DNA of 63,770 nt, filler included, from Neophaeotheca triangularis (Eukaryota): NCBI GenBank assembly GCA_054600435.1. It is 4 parts of 4 records of this genome, joined end to end, with 100 filler letters (N's around TTAATTAATTAA, not from the genome) between each part and the next. Parts side by side here need not be neighbours in the genome. Positions count along the whole stretch, not along the records: positions 1 to 28,470 come from BAAIJX010000109.1; 3 more parts are not named here. One strand, 5' to 3'. Under the pieces are notes generated by a model. The model was not told the origin of the DNA. It was given only the letters and a program-made list of their open reading frames with translations, and made no database searches. A program made the translations under genes and the position numbers. Positions 1 to 11,743 of this stretch are shown one piece after another (position 1 is the stretch's first letter; each line of letters opens with the position of its first letter).

Positions 1-1
1 A

Positions 2-961
2 GGCGACGGGCCGGATCTCGACCGCATCGGGCCGACGCTCAAGGCGCTGGAAGCCAATCGCATCGGCACCAACGTGGCCATGCTGGTGGGCCACAACGCC
101 GTGCGCCACCGCGTGATGGGCGACGTGGCCCGTGTACCCACCGCTGAAGAACTCAAAGCCATGCAGGGCGTGATGGAAGACGGCATGCGCGACGGCGCCT
201 TCGGCATGTCGACGGGCCTCGTGTACACACCCGGTGTGTTCGCCAAGACCGACGAGGTGGTGGCGTTGGCCAAGACCGTGGCCGCGCGTGGCGGCATCTA
301 CGACACGCACCTGCGCGACGAGGGCAACTTTCGCACTGGCCTCGTCAACGCCGTGAAGGAGGCGCTGGACATCGGCCAGCAGTCGGGCATCCCGATCCAC
401 ATCTCGCACATCAAGGCGCTGGGTGTGGATTCGTGGGGCAAGAGCGCCGAGATCATCAGCCTGATACGGCAGGCGCAGGGCAACGGCATGAACGTATCGG
501 CAAGCCAGTATCCGTACACTGCGTCGAGCACGCACATCATTCCGGCGCTGGTGCCGGGCTGGGCACGCGACGGCGGCAACGACGCGCTGCTCAAGCGGCT
601 GGAAGACCCCGCCACGCGGGCGCGCATTGCCACCGACATGGAAAAGGCCATGCAACAGCGCAACGGGCCGGCGGCGCAGGTGCTGATCTCCGCCAACCCC
701 GAATACAACGGGCAGTCGCTCGAGGCGCTGGGCAAGAAGCTCGGCGTGAGCCCCGTCGATGCGGCCATCAGCGTGATCCAGCACGGCGGCACGAACATCG
801 TGTCGTTCAACATGAGCGATGCCGACCTGGAAGCGTTCATGCAGCAGGACTTTGTCGTGGGCGGCTCCGACGGTATTGCCGGACACCCGCGCGAGGCCGG
901 CACGTTCGCGCGCCGCATTGGCGAATACGTCACGCGCAAGCATGTGATGACGCTGCCGTTT
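2..961 (+). CDS. Partial bacterial-type N-acyl-D-amino-acid deacylase (D-aminoacylase, amidohydrolase superfamily), truncated at both ends
   Basis: Frame open from nt 2 (GDGPDLDRIGPTLKALEANRIGTNVAMLVGHNAVR). Motifs GAFGMSTGLVYTPG, YDTHLRDE, IHISHIK, QYPYTASST and GSDG..HPR..GTF. No introns, strongly GC3-biased codons. Homology stops at ~961. Confidence 0.85.
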
Positions 962-1116
962 GACAAACGCCCCGCCAACCCCCCCACCCCACCCCCCCAA
1001 AAAAACACCCCCCCCCCCCGCGGACCCCCCCAAAACCCAAAACAACCCCCCCCCCCCCCCCCCCCCCCACCACCACCAAAGCCTGACCCAAAACTAATAC
1101 CTCTTCTCAAACCTAG

Positions 1117-1915
1117 ACCTGACGGAACAATCGACCACGCGGCAGCCGCGATGGCCAAGTCCACCGCGAATCAAACCCCCTCGGCCAACCCCGCGGACCC
1201 CACCACCACCGCCACCACCACAACCGCCCCTCAAACAGCAGGAGCAACAGCAGCCGCAGCGCACAAACTTGGCCCCAAAGCCAACACGGGCGCCATCAAC
1301 GCTGGTCTGAGGGCTTTGGATCGCACGGGGAAACCTTGTCGGCGGTGGCGGAGACGCACGGTTTGGGTTCGGAGTTTTACGGGCGTGGGCTGGGGGACGG
1401 GGGGTTGGGAGGGGGGCGAGAGGGTTAAAGATGTTGATGGAGAGGGGGAGGGAGAGGGGGAGGGGGACAAAGAGGGGGTGGTTGAAGGGGACAAGAGTGA
1501 GGGCTTGGGGGGTGAAGGGAAAGAGGGTAGTGGGATTGGAGACGGCGACGATGGTGCTAAGCTGGAGGGAGTCAAAACTCAAGGCAAAGAAGGGGCCAGC
1601 GATAGCGGCAGCGGGACTGGGAGTGCCGCCAACGCGACCACGACAATGGCTGACAAGGGTCTTGAGACTGCTGATGGCGATGATCATGCCGGCTCTGGCA
1701 GACGAGGCGCCGTCGCTGCTGCTGCTGCTACTGCTACCACTACCACCGATACCACTGCCGATGCCGCCGACGACGCCGAAGCGCGTAGTCAAAGTAGCGC
1801 CGGGGCTATGGATATTGATTCTGGCCCTGGCCCTGGCGCCGAGGGTGTCGGGGATCCCGGCGAGACTGACGGTGATGCTGTTATGACTGGGGCTGAGGCT
1901 GTGGGGGTTGCTTGA
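1117..1915 (+). CDS. ies4: INO80 complex subunit Ies4 (DUF1711), 3' exon only
   Basis: PDGTIDH...HKLGPKANTGAINAGLRALDRTGKPCRRW..VRSFTG.GW is the Pezizomycotina Ies4 signature. It is preceded by a branch site CTAAT (1094) and an acceptor CTAG (ends 1116). Confidence 0.8.
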
Positions 1916-2617
1916 AAGTGTTTTTTGCTTTTTTTTAAAAAAAAATACCCGTGCCCTACCTGCTTTGCTTTCTATTCTGCCTTGTTTCCACCTTTCTAAG
2001 CGAGGCCGTGGCCGTGGCCGTGGCCGTGGGTGAGACGTTTGCGGGAAGGGGGTTGCGGTCGTCGCTTACGGAGTCGCGTAGGAGTGTGGTTGTGGCTTTC
2101 TGTCTGTCGTGACCGGCAGTTCTTTGGCCTTTGGATGGCAAGGGGGGGAGTTTGAGGGGGAAGGAGGGTCGCCCATGTCCTACGTCTCTGGCTCACGTCG
2201 ATACATCCATCCATCCATCCACTCTATCTAGCGTAGGCGTTTAGCGGCGAAGAGTCATCTATCACCTATGTATGTATGTGTGCTTGCCAGGCTTGCCAGG
2301 CTGCGAGGCGGATATTCATCTCGCCGCTGGCTTGGAAAATGAAGCAAGGGGAGTCCTTCTTATATCATCGCGTTTAACATACTTGGGAGGGGGGGGTGTT
2401 CTTTTGGAAAACCCGCCAGAAAGATTAAAAAAAAAGTTTCAAGAATCTTCCACGCTTTCGTTAACGCAGCTACCTACCTGGCTCCTTGCCTTCTTTCCCG
2501 TGTACGTCGTTTGTAGCAGTCGGAATTGACGGGCTTTTTTCCCACGTCGATTGGAAGCTCTGGGGTTGTAGCGGGGTTGGGGCTGTCATATAGCAGAGTT
2601 GGGTAGTTTGCTAGAGC

Positions 2618-2854
2618 GAGCTGTGAGCTGTGAGCTGTGAGCTGTAAGTTGTGAGCTGTAAGCTGTGAGTAGTGAGCAATGAGCAGTGAGCAGTGAGCAG
2701 TGAGTAGTGAGCAGTGAGTAGTAAGTAGTGAGCAGTAAGCAGTAAGTAGTAAGCAGTGAGTAGTAAGTAGTGAGTAGTAAGCAGTAAGCAATGAGCAGTG
2801 AGCAGTGAGTAGTGAGCAGTAAGCAGTAAGTAGTGAGCAGTGAGCAATGAGCAG
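2618..2854. repeat. Heptamer tandem array (GTGAGCT/GTGAGCA/GTAAGCA/GTGAGTA/GTAAGTA), about 33 units
   Basis: Directly visible 7-bp periodicity. Confidence 0.95.
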
Positions 2855-3631
2855 CGGGCTCTTTGAGTGAATTAAACCCTCATTTCAAGAAGTTCGTCGA
2901 TCCTTTCATTCATTCCTTTATTATTGCCTTTTCTTAACTAGTCTCTCCCCCCATCGATCGAAACTTCTATGGCTATAGCAGAGTAGTTGGTTTGCTAGAG
3001 CTCGCAGCTCGCTGTGTGTATGAGTGAGGTGGGGGGTTTGTTTTTTCCATGGAGGTCGTTGATTCTTTCGTTCTTTCGTTGCCCTTTTTTTTTTTCTTTC
3101 TTTTCTTTTCACTTTTCGAGACTGGTTCTGGACCCCGGTTAGCGAGCGGCGTTGGGATGAGTGAGTCCATTTCTACTGCTTTTTTTACTTAATAAACCCC
3201 CTTCTATTTTAGAAAACTAAGCTTTTACGCTAGGAGGGGTGTAGGAGCTGGTAAAAGGGGGGGGGTTTGGACTGGGTTGGGTTTCTGTCTCTGCTTTCTG
3301 TCCCTTCTTCTCTTACTCTACCTGCTTTCTGCTTTCTACTTTCTGCTTTCCGCTGGTGCAGATGGAATTGGTGGCACTGTCGTATTCGGTCTGATAAAGG
3401 TTTTTGTGCAATTGGTTGTGTACTGTGTTTTTGGTTTGTGGGTTTGGGTTGGCTTGAATTTGGTTGAAGTGAAGTGAAGTGTGAAGTAATGAAGGGCGGT
3501 GGATTGTATCCATTTGATTTCAATTCTTTTCTTTTCTTTCTTAGTAGGTCGTGCTATTTCGATAGAGACTCATTTGATATCATCTGCCGTGAGGTGTATG
3601 GTAGATACTCGGCAGGTACTTTTCTCGTTTC

Positions 3632-3636
<5 letters not shown>

Positions 3637-3670
<34 letters not shown>
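3637..3670. repeat. (TA)n microsatellite
   Basis: Visible. Confidence 0.95.
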
Positions 3671-3674
<4 letters not shown>

Positions 3675-4179
3675 GATCTAGCGGAGGAGCCGTTGTTCGT
3701 TGGCTTTCCACTTCTTATTACACCTGGCTCGAATACGTGTGTGCTCCTCCCATGTACCCCCCGATCCACCTCGAGTATTTCTTATCGAGCCTGTGATGTT
3801 GCAGGAGTAGTCTTGTTCTTTCTTGAGAGTGACTATCCCGTACGCACTTGGACTTTGTGAGTGGACGGACGGACCGACAAAAAGAGGCAAAATCCGCAGA
3901 AACCGGTGGCGGCGGAAAGCCTGACCTGACTTGACTTGGCGATTTAGTGAGGCATAGAATCATGGTTATGGTGTTAGAGTTTAGGTAGTTTAGTTTAGTA
4001 GGTGAGATTGAGTGTGTATTCGAGTGGCTTTTGCTTGCTCTCTTGCTGTGATATCTTTATAGTATATAACCTCGCAACGACACCAAGAAAAAGAAAACCC
4101 CCTCCAAGACGAAGAAAGTCAGAACCTCCAAATCGACAACATCCCATCCAGACAATCTCCCATTTTAAGTCTCGCCACT

Positions 4180-4803
4180 ATGGCTTTTATCCCGGTCTCG
4201 CCGACGGTATTGAAAGCCCTTGCAGCTCTCACAACAACAACCCTAGCAATGCTCACGGGTGGAGCCTTACACATGTACCTCTTCAGCATCCCCGTCATCA
4301 CGGCCGGCGCCCTTACCAACCCCAACCCCAACCCCAAACCCAACACTACCGCCAACACCGCCAACACCACCAACACCCCCACCCCACCCCCCTCAACCAC
4401 AGCCCTCACCCTCCTCCACCAATTCCACCACCTCACCGACCTAGGAGCAAAATACATGCAAACCACCGCCCGAGCCTCCACAGCCTCCCTCCTCCTGCTC
4501 GCGCTTCTAAGCCACCCCTCGCTTCAAACCCCAAACCCCCTACAATCCTGGCCCTACTTCGCCCTCGCGGCTTTCGTTCTCGCGCAAACGGCATGGTGGG
4601 AAATCGCGTTCGTGTTCCCGATCAATGCCCGTTTGATCGCCCTGGAGCGGCGGGAGGAGGTTTTGGTGGGCGAGGGCGTTGCCGGGGTGGGCTTGGGGGA
4701 GGTTTTGGTGCGGTTGGAGGATTGGCGGCGTTGGCATGTTGGGAGGATTGCGTTTCCGGCTGTTGCTGCTGGGTTGGCTTTTGTTGGGTGTTTTGGGTTG
4801 TGA
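4180..4803 (+). CDS. Small multi-pass membrane protein, DUF1772/anthrone-oxygenase-like
   Basis: 207-aa ORF with four hydrophobic segments; WWEIAFVFPINARL...LEDWRRWHVGRI pattern. Confidence 0.6.
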   Translation: MAFIPVSPTVLKALAALTTTTLAMLTGGALHMYLFSIPVITAGALTNPNPNPKPNTTANTANTTNTPTPPPSTTALTLLHQFHHLTDLGAKYMQTTARASTASLLLLALLSHPSLQTPNPLQSWPYFALAAFVLAQTAWWEIAFVFPINARLIALERREEVLVGEGVAGVGLGEVLVRLEDWRRWHVGRIAFPAVAAGLAFVGCFGL

Positions 4804-5332
4804 GGCGGGGCGGGATTTTTGCAGGCTGGGAAAGGCGGAAAGGGGGATCGGGGGGGTTTGGTTTGGTGGGGTTGCGCTTGGTGTTGTTTGGATGTTTTTT
4901 TTTGGGGGGGGGGGGAGGGGTCATTCTTTTGGTCGGATGGGTGGATGGACTTAGGGATTTGGTTGGGGAAAAGCTGTAGTGATGTTTCTGTTGCCCCGGA
5001 CCACGATTGCAGGTTGTACTGCACGGCTGGCGGTATGCGTTGGGTTCTCTTGCGATTCTTTGCGGCGATACACTTTCGCTCAGATGTCAAGATTGAACGT
5101 GTATAGGAGTAGGGTCGGCTAAAGTTTTGGTACCTTACCTTGCGAGTTTGGGGGGTTTCGGAAATCCGGCATAGCTCCCTGGTTCGTACAATGCAGAGTG
5201 CTTACAACGAAAGATATATTGATGACGCGAACCACGACTGAGTCGACAACAGTCCGAGTAGCATTAAGAGGACTCAAACCGCTAAGAGCGCAAGTTCCGA
5301 AGCTATGACTGCCAGCACCGCCAGTATCTCGC

Positions 5333-6085
5333 CTACGACGGCGAAGAAAATCCACCATCGTTCTTGCGAGCCTGCTGAATCTCATCCCCCTTCATCTCCC
5401 TCAACTTACCCGTCTTGGGCACGCCACCGGTAACAATGGCTCCCAGAACCTCCTTGCCAAACCCAAGCGCCCCGACTTCAGCCTTCCAGTAGGATATGTC
5501 TGTCGAAACCAAAACCAAAGAACGTCAGCAATCCAGTCCAACCCACCACACACCACCAGTCCTCGGCCCAACCCAACAGAAAAGAAGAGAAGAGAAAATA
5601 GAAAACTCACAAGCCGCCTGCACCTCAATAAGCTTCATCCTAGGATCCTCGGGTTTCCCAGTATGGACACCATCGCCCAAATCCCCAAACCACGCGGCCG
5701 CGCCCTGCGTCCAAACCTCCTTGATCCTGGCATCCTCATTACTACTCGTGACCGCCTTGCCCGTCACCGACACCCAATCCTGCGTCGCCGAGTTCTGGAA
5801 AGTCACCGTCACTTTATCGGGATTGGCCTCGATGTCTGTGAATTTCTGACTGTGCGCGTTGGCTAGGAAGAGGAAGTCGGGCCCGCTGCGTTTGGCCACT
5901 GCCATGCTGCGGTGCACTGGCCCGATTCCTGTGCGCAGTGTGCCCAATAGGCAGATCTGCAGTTTGTCTGCTATCGCGTAGTAGTCGGCGAATTTGGTTT
6001 CCGCTGTGGCTTCGCTGTCCCATTGTTTGGCCACTGTGGGGTCGGTTTTGGAGTTGATTTCTTGGGTGGTGATTTGTTCGGGCAT
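5333..6085 (-). CDS. bli-3: Blue-light-induced Bli-3-like protein (pyridoxamine 5'-phosphate oxidase-like fold); intron 5500-5610
   Basis: DPTVAKQWD, HRSMAVAKRSGPDFLFLANAHSQKF, AWFGDLGDGVHTGKPEDPRMKLIEV. A GTGAGT..CAG intron joins in frame to YISYWKAEVG. Confidence 0.85.
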
Positions 6086-6990
6086 GGTGGGTGGGTGGGT
6101 GGAGAGTGGTTGGGTTGGTGGGTTTTTTGGTTTATGTTGGAGTTGGTGGGTAGGGAGTGAGAGTAATAAATTGATTTTGAATATTGTGAGGAGGATAGTA
6201 GAAGAAGAGCGAGACTTAGCAGGGGAGTTGTAGTTATCGGTTTATTATTATTACCTTGTGCTAGTTACTACTGGATCTCGATCCTCCCAGATGACGCAGG
6301 TGGAAGAGAGTATACTGCAGCTACAGTCCATCTTGTCTACTTCTGGGTATCAATGACAGCGTAGAGCCGGCGAGAGCTGCAGAGCTGCAGAATTGATGAT
6401 GCGATCATCACTTCATTTGTCCGGATATGAGGAGATTGCTTGGTATCGATCGAATTCGTGTCGGACCATGGTGCATGTGTCTGTACATTTGCGAAGCCGT
6501 AAAGGTAAGTTACACGGGTTCAGTCTTTGACTGATGAGGGGATGTGCTGGGGACGATCGTTGTCGTCGTCGTCGGATGAAGGAGAGAAAGGGGCCGTAAC
6601 TGAACGGGGTCGGGTCGGATTGTCCGGAATCCATCCAAACTCCGGTTGACGCTAGCGGCTGGCTGCTTCCTGTGAGACTGGACTAACAACGGGTCAGGTC
6701 AGGTCAAGTAAGGTACAGTAGGAATAAGGCAACCTTGTGTCGCTCAATCTCTGCACCTTTTCTGGGTAAAGTGTCTTTCTAGCCCGCCTAGAACAAGAGC
6801 ATGGCAGAACAATGCCTACTCAAGTAAAACCTCCATGCACCATCCTAATCGTACAAACCCGATGGCCATCCGACATTATCCCCCGTAAATACCGCATCTT
6901 GCTGTGAACCACGCAGTCTCATACGCCATCGCCCCCGTCATAATTCCTACAATCAAACACCTCACAAGCTCCACAGACTCCCAGACCCCC

Positions 6991-8521
6991 TCACTTCCCA
7001 CCCCCAATGGTAACATGATTCCCATACCCCTGCCTGCCCCTCAAATCCGGCCTCCACAACCCCCTCTGCTGGCTCGGCGGCCCACTACCCACAAAAGCCC
7101 CTCGATCCTGCCCCTCCTCACTTTGCGGCCGCACATGATAGCTCCTCTCGACCCGCACGCCCCCTATCTCCGGCATCCCCTGTCCTCCTGACCCCCTCTC
7201 CACGTCCGCTTCCCGACTGCTATCCCTCGCACTCTCGCTGGCAACCGTCTCGCCCGATGAGTTGGTCCGGTATACCCTGCTCGGCCGGCGGATGATGCGT
7301 TCCTGGCTGCTGGTTTCGGCGTGCGTGGCGGAAACGTCGTCGAGTTCGTGCGAAGCGATGTTGGTCGAGTTGTGGGGTTTGTGGGCGCTGGAGAGGTCGT
7401 GGTGGCTGGAGCGGCTGCTGCTGTAGGGGTCTGTGGACATTTCGTAGCCCGAGGATTTCGGGTGCGAGCTGTTGCCGTATTTGCGGTTGGCGTAGGAGGA
7501 TGGGTCGGAGGAACTGGAGTGGCCGCCTTTCCAGAAGGCTCTTGTGAAGACTAAGGGGGGTTTTCAGGTTAGTTTGCTTTGACGTGTTTTGAGAGACGGG
7601 GGCCTTACGTGGTTTGAGGATGGGAACGTTGACGGCAATGATTCCTGCAATCGTCTCTCGCACGCCCCATCTATTGATGGTGATACCCGATGCGGCCGCA
7701 CTAAGTGTCATGATGATTCTGACTAGAGCTGCGGTGATGACGAAAACGCCAGATGAGAGTAGGATCCCCAAGGCAATCTTTTTTCGCAAAGGCGCCTGCA
7801 AGTTGAACAGCAGTGGCATCGGTATACACAGGATGGCGGCATCGGTGAGCACGTTGAGCACAGTACTGACGTAGAAGTTGTGTTCCTTGACTGCGCAAGT
7901 GTCACCTGGGTAGGGTAGGACCTGGTAGTTCTTTTCAATGGGGTGGCAGCCGACGGATATCGTCAAGAAGACGACGGCGTAGGACAGGCCGGTCACCCAA
8001 CTCAGAATCTTGACCCATCGTTGCTGCTGAAGGCCAAATGTTAACCTGTTAAAGAAGAAGAGCATGCAGCCTTTGAGGAGCCAGATCAATCTTGAAGCAA
8101 AGAGCGGTTAGTAACGTTCGCTGCAAGAGAATGGTCCGACTAACAGAGTGTACGTGTACCTGCGATTCGATCAGCGACTGCACTGACAGACAGGCTAAGC
8201 TGGAGCTACTCACCACGCAAGCAATTGCACTTGCGAACCGACTTTGATCTGGTGTCGCTGAGCCTCGCTCATGTTTTCCAGCGTTTCAACGCTGAAGTCG
8301 ACATTTGTCCCATAACGATACGTGTAGACGATTGTAATGGCGTCTATTAAGTAGCAGAGGAAGACGCCGATCGACATGTAGTCATCACCCTGCATACCCC
8401 CAATGCCGACCGAGCGTATCCTGACAAAGAATCGCAGACCCAGGATAACAGCACCGACGCCGAATAGCCCCCATACTTCCGGCATATAAGTATCATCAAC
8501 CTCCGGCTGAGTGTCGACCAT
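6991..8521 (-). CDS. Pth11-like integral membrane protein (fungal rhodopsin domain, no CFEM), four exons including a 15-nt microexon at 8145-8159
   Basis: LRFFVRIR...QGDDY, LNVLTDAAILCIPMPLL...LRKKIAL...GVFVITAALVR, WGVRETIAGIIAVNVPILKP; GT-AG introns. Confidence 0.85.
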
Positions 8522-10270
8522 GATTGCAAGAATCAGGAGAGGGATTGCGAATGGAAAGGGAAAGATAGACAGACCGACGTCAAGCGGCGGAAAGAGAATC
8601 ACATGGATGGGCTGGGGGTGGACATAGATGAGGAGAGGTGAGGGATGGATTCAGACTAGACAATGAAGAACACATGGAGTACTCAGCCAAGTGACGAGCG
8701 CTGTTAATCAATCTTGCATCGAGTGCATAGTAGTAACCTACCGGGGGCATGCACATTCAAGTCCGCGTCCCCCTTTGAATCGTGCAGTGCGTGCATTGCC
8801 TGGTAAATGGTAATGGCAACGGGAGAGCCGAGCGATCGCAGAGCGCTGGGGAGTCTTACGACCAATGCGTGCTAGAGCTAGATTACTCGACCGACTATTT
8901 AGTAGTGCCAATCGCGGCAGAGCCTTTTGTTAACCCGGTTTTTGTGTCGAAAGTGGGTCAAGGCTGTCGACGTTGAACTTAACGCGGCACGTGGGAATCT
9001 CCACTCGCCTAGGATGTCGAGACGCGGGAACTTGGAAGGCCAGTCCCAGTCCCTGCGTGGTTTTCACATATCCAGAGATGGCCCGCAGCGTTCGTAACCT
9101 TTTATCAGTCTTGGAGTCTTATTAGTCGATTGATCGGGTTGAGGTGCTGGGGCAGACATGAGTCAGCGAAGAACGGTCAGTCGTGTGCCTGATGCAGTGT
9201 CTGATCGAGCACAGTATCTTCTGTGGGATGGCCAGGTTGTACCGGTGCGAGCGAATCTGTCTACACATGCCCTTCAAACGATCCTATTAGGAAACATGTA
9301 TTGGTAGTAGACTGACCTTGGCAACACCTCATCTCCCACCGTGAAAGAAGTCCCGGAAAACACAGCCCTAGGGCGTAGTTGGTCCAGGCAGATATAGAGT
9401 TCGAACGAACGCCGTGTCGTGCAAGCTGCTGATGAGACAGACGAGCAACGAATCGCGACGGCTAAGTTGGCTATTTCTAGGCAAGGAAGGATCTGCCGTT
9501 GCGAGATTCATGCACTTCGTCTCAGGTTTGGTGAATGAGGTTCTTCTTGACGAATGCGCTTCGAGGAAAAACCGAGTCCCTGTTCCAAGATGGAAAATTG
9601 CGTCCCAGTGGCAGAAGACGTTGCCACGCTTCAGGGGCGAAGTCACTTCGGCGCGGCTGCTGGTCCGCGGCTTGGTGGCGACCACTGACAGCTGTTTACA
9701 TCCACTGTCCATGTCAGTCGTATATAGTAGTGACACGACTTGTCGCAGCATGGTTGGTAATAAGTTGTACGCGGCTCTTTTAACTCGAGGTTGGAGGGCG
9801 AGTTTGGGAGGTTGCTGTTGTGGAAGCGTCGATAATTGGAACGGATGCTGCCGCCGCTAGGTTTTGGCTGCATTTTTGCGTTCCTGGGTGCCCTGCTGCT
9901 GCTGCTACCAACTACGAGGTACTACCTATAGGTAAGGTAGGTGACGACGAGGCTACTATTTCGTCGGTGTTACGCAGCATCCTCAAGGCAGAGCCACTCG
10001 TCGTTAGTCTCAAACATAAGGTACACGTCTGTTAGCCGCGAGAAAACGTCAATTCGCTAGAGATGTAATTGGATTACATAGAAGTCCCCATAGTAAGTCT
10101 GCACCTTTTTCATGCGTGAGGTCTATCGTGTTACTCTCGCATAGCTTTACTCACTGCGGCAATGTATAGTCGACTTGTGCTGACCCATCCACCAACGCCA
10201 CGCTAAAACGCAAAGCAAGCATACCTTAGTCCGCCCACCATACCAAATATTATCCTCATGCAATGGCTGC

Positions 10271-11104
10271 CTAGTCTTGCATAGCATTATCCTCTCCTTC
10301 CTCACCAAAAACATCCTCCATCCTGCCCTCGCCCTCCTCGTCCCCCTCATCCTCCGCGCCTTCCATCCCACCCATCTTCTGGTCCTCCATGCCACCCCCA
10401 TTAACTAACCCTCCACTCCTCGCCCCTGCACTCGCTCTTGACCCCTCCTCCACATCCCCCATACTCTCATCATCACTCCACATATCCTTCAACCCCCACC
10501 CCACGCCCGTCAAGCAGTCCTTCTCCGGCGGCAACTGCAACGCCCCACCGGCCCCCTTATCAACCGCAGGCAAAGCAACCGCATTCCGCACTTGCGCCTG
10601 CTCGAGCAACGCCTCCTTCGGCAATCCGCCACCCTCGAATGAATACCCCTGCCGACTGGCAATAGCCTGACGTAAAGAAGTAACGGTAATTTTCTCCCCA
10701 CTGCCCGCTGCCGCGTCCCCACCTGCTCCCCCTCCGCCGCCTCCTCCTCTCTTCCCGCCTCGTTCATTGCCCCCTGCGTTCGCATAACCTTCGGCACTCA
10801 GCCGCAACGCATCGCTGAGAACACCTGATGAGTAGCGGTAAGCGAAATCGAGAAGTTGCAGCGGGACGCGTTCTTGGTAGGATTGAATCCCGAGGCTGGA
10901 GAGGACGAGATGGATGAGCCGGGCGTCGCGCGGGCGTTTGGAGGTTCCTTCATCTTGGAGGGAGGAGAGGGGAGTTGTTTGGGATTGCGAGGGGAGAGCT
11001 TGCTGGGGTTGTGCGGCTGCGGCGGGTGTTGTTGTGGTGGTTGTTGTGGGTTCAGCGGCTGCGGTCGGCGCTGGCGTCGTGCCGTTTGGGAGTGGTGAGC
11101 CCAT
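10271..11104 (-). CDS. TAF9: TFIID/SAGA subunit TAF9
   Basis: RPRDARLIHLVLSSLGIQSYQERVPLQLLDFAYRYSSGVLSDA histone fold; RNAVALP, LPPEKDCLTG. Confidence 0.95.
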   Translation of the reverse strand: MGSPLPNGTTPAPTAAAEPTTTTTTTPAAAAQPQQALPSQSQTTPLSSLQDEGTSKRPRDARLIHLVLSSLGIQSYQERVPLQLLDFAYRYSSGVLSDALRLSAEGYANAGGNERGGKRGGGGGGGAGGDAAAGSGEKITVTSLRQAIASRQGYSFEGGGLPKEALLEQAQVRNAVALPAVDKGAGGALQLPPEKDCLTGVGWGLKDMWSDDESMGDVEEGSRASAGARSGGLVNGGGMEDQKMGGMEGAEDEGDEEGEGRMEDVFGEEGEDNAMQD

Positions 11105-11431
11105 TGTGAGGGATGAGCTGATTGTGTATGCTGGTATTCTCTCTCGACGCCAGCTGTGATATATTACCTGGAAGTGAGGTAGCTTTCCTTTGGTGTTGCC
11201 GAGTCGCAAGCGCAAGTGTCGTTGGATGCGCGGCCAATCGGTGAAGGAGAAGATGCTAGCTCGAGACCTTATCTCGGAAAGATCCGAATCAGATAAAGCA
11301 CCTCGGTGGAGTGCGGGGTAGATACCTCAGTAATCGCCTCCATTGCGAGTGCTCATTCACCAACAACTAGGTAGGTACCTTACCTTACACACCACTTGTA
11401 GACGGTAGTCGCACTTGTTGCTCGCTGGAGA

Positions 11432-11710
11432 ATGAATGGTATGTATCAACGAGTTTCCAAAACTGCCATGGATCCAAAAGAACTGGCCTACATCGAGCAG
11501 CGCGGCTTCGATGGCCCGCTCAGACGTTCACAAGATGCAGGCGAGGTGAAAGCAAAAGACCTGCCGAGGTACGAATACCACAGCAGACTCTCCGGCAAGG
11601 GTATCTTTGGCGTCTCTGCCTACGGTCTCATTCTTCTCGCCATCTTCTTTCTCTTCTGCCTCGTGCTGTTCATCTTACTCCGACTGCTCTTCTATATCAC
11701 CAGACCCTGA
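11432..11710 (+). CDS. Putative small protein (92 aa) with one C-terminal transmembrane helix, or a uORF of the SDR gene
   Basis: ATG-initiated ORF with a ~25-residue hydrophobic tail; ends 33 nt before the SDR ATG. Confidence 0.35.
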   Translation: MNGMYQRVSKTAMDPKELAYIEQRGFDGPLRRSQDAGEVKAKDLPRYEYHSRLSGKGIFGVSAYGLILLAIFFLFCLVLFILLRLLFYITRP

Positions 11711-11743
11711 ACCCATCGACAACCGAAACAGGACGTAAGCAAC

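Noticed and set aside
74..1915. 613-aa deacylase-Ies4 fusion protein
   Set aside because: Reads through a low-complexity tract and an intron 3' end; both halves are truncated, so probably not a real protein
2474..2847. LLTAHY-repeat ORFs
   Set aside because: Translations of the heptamer array
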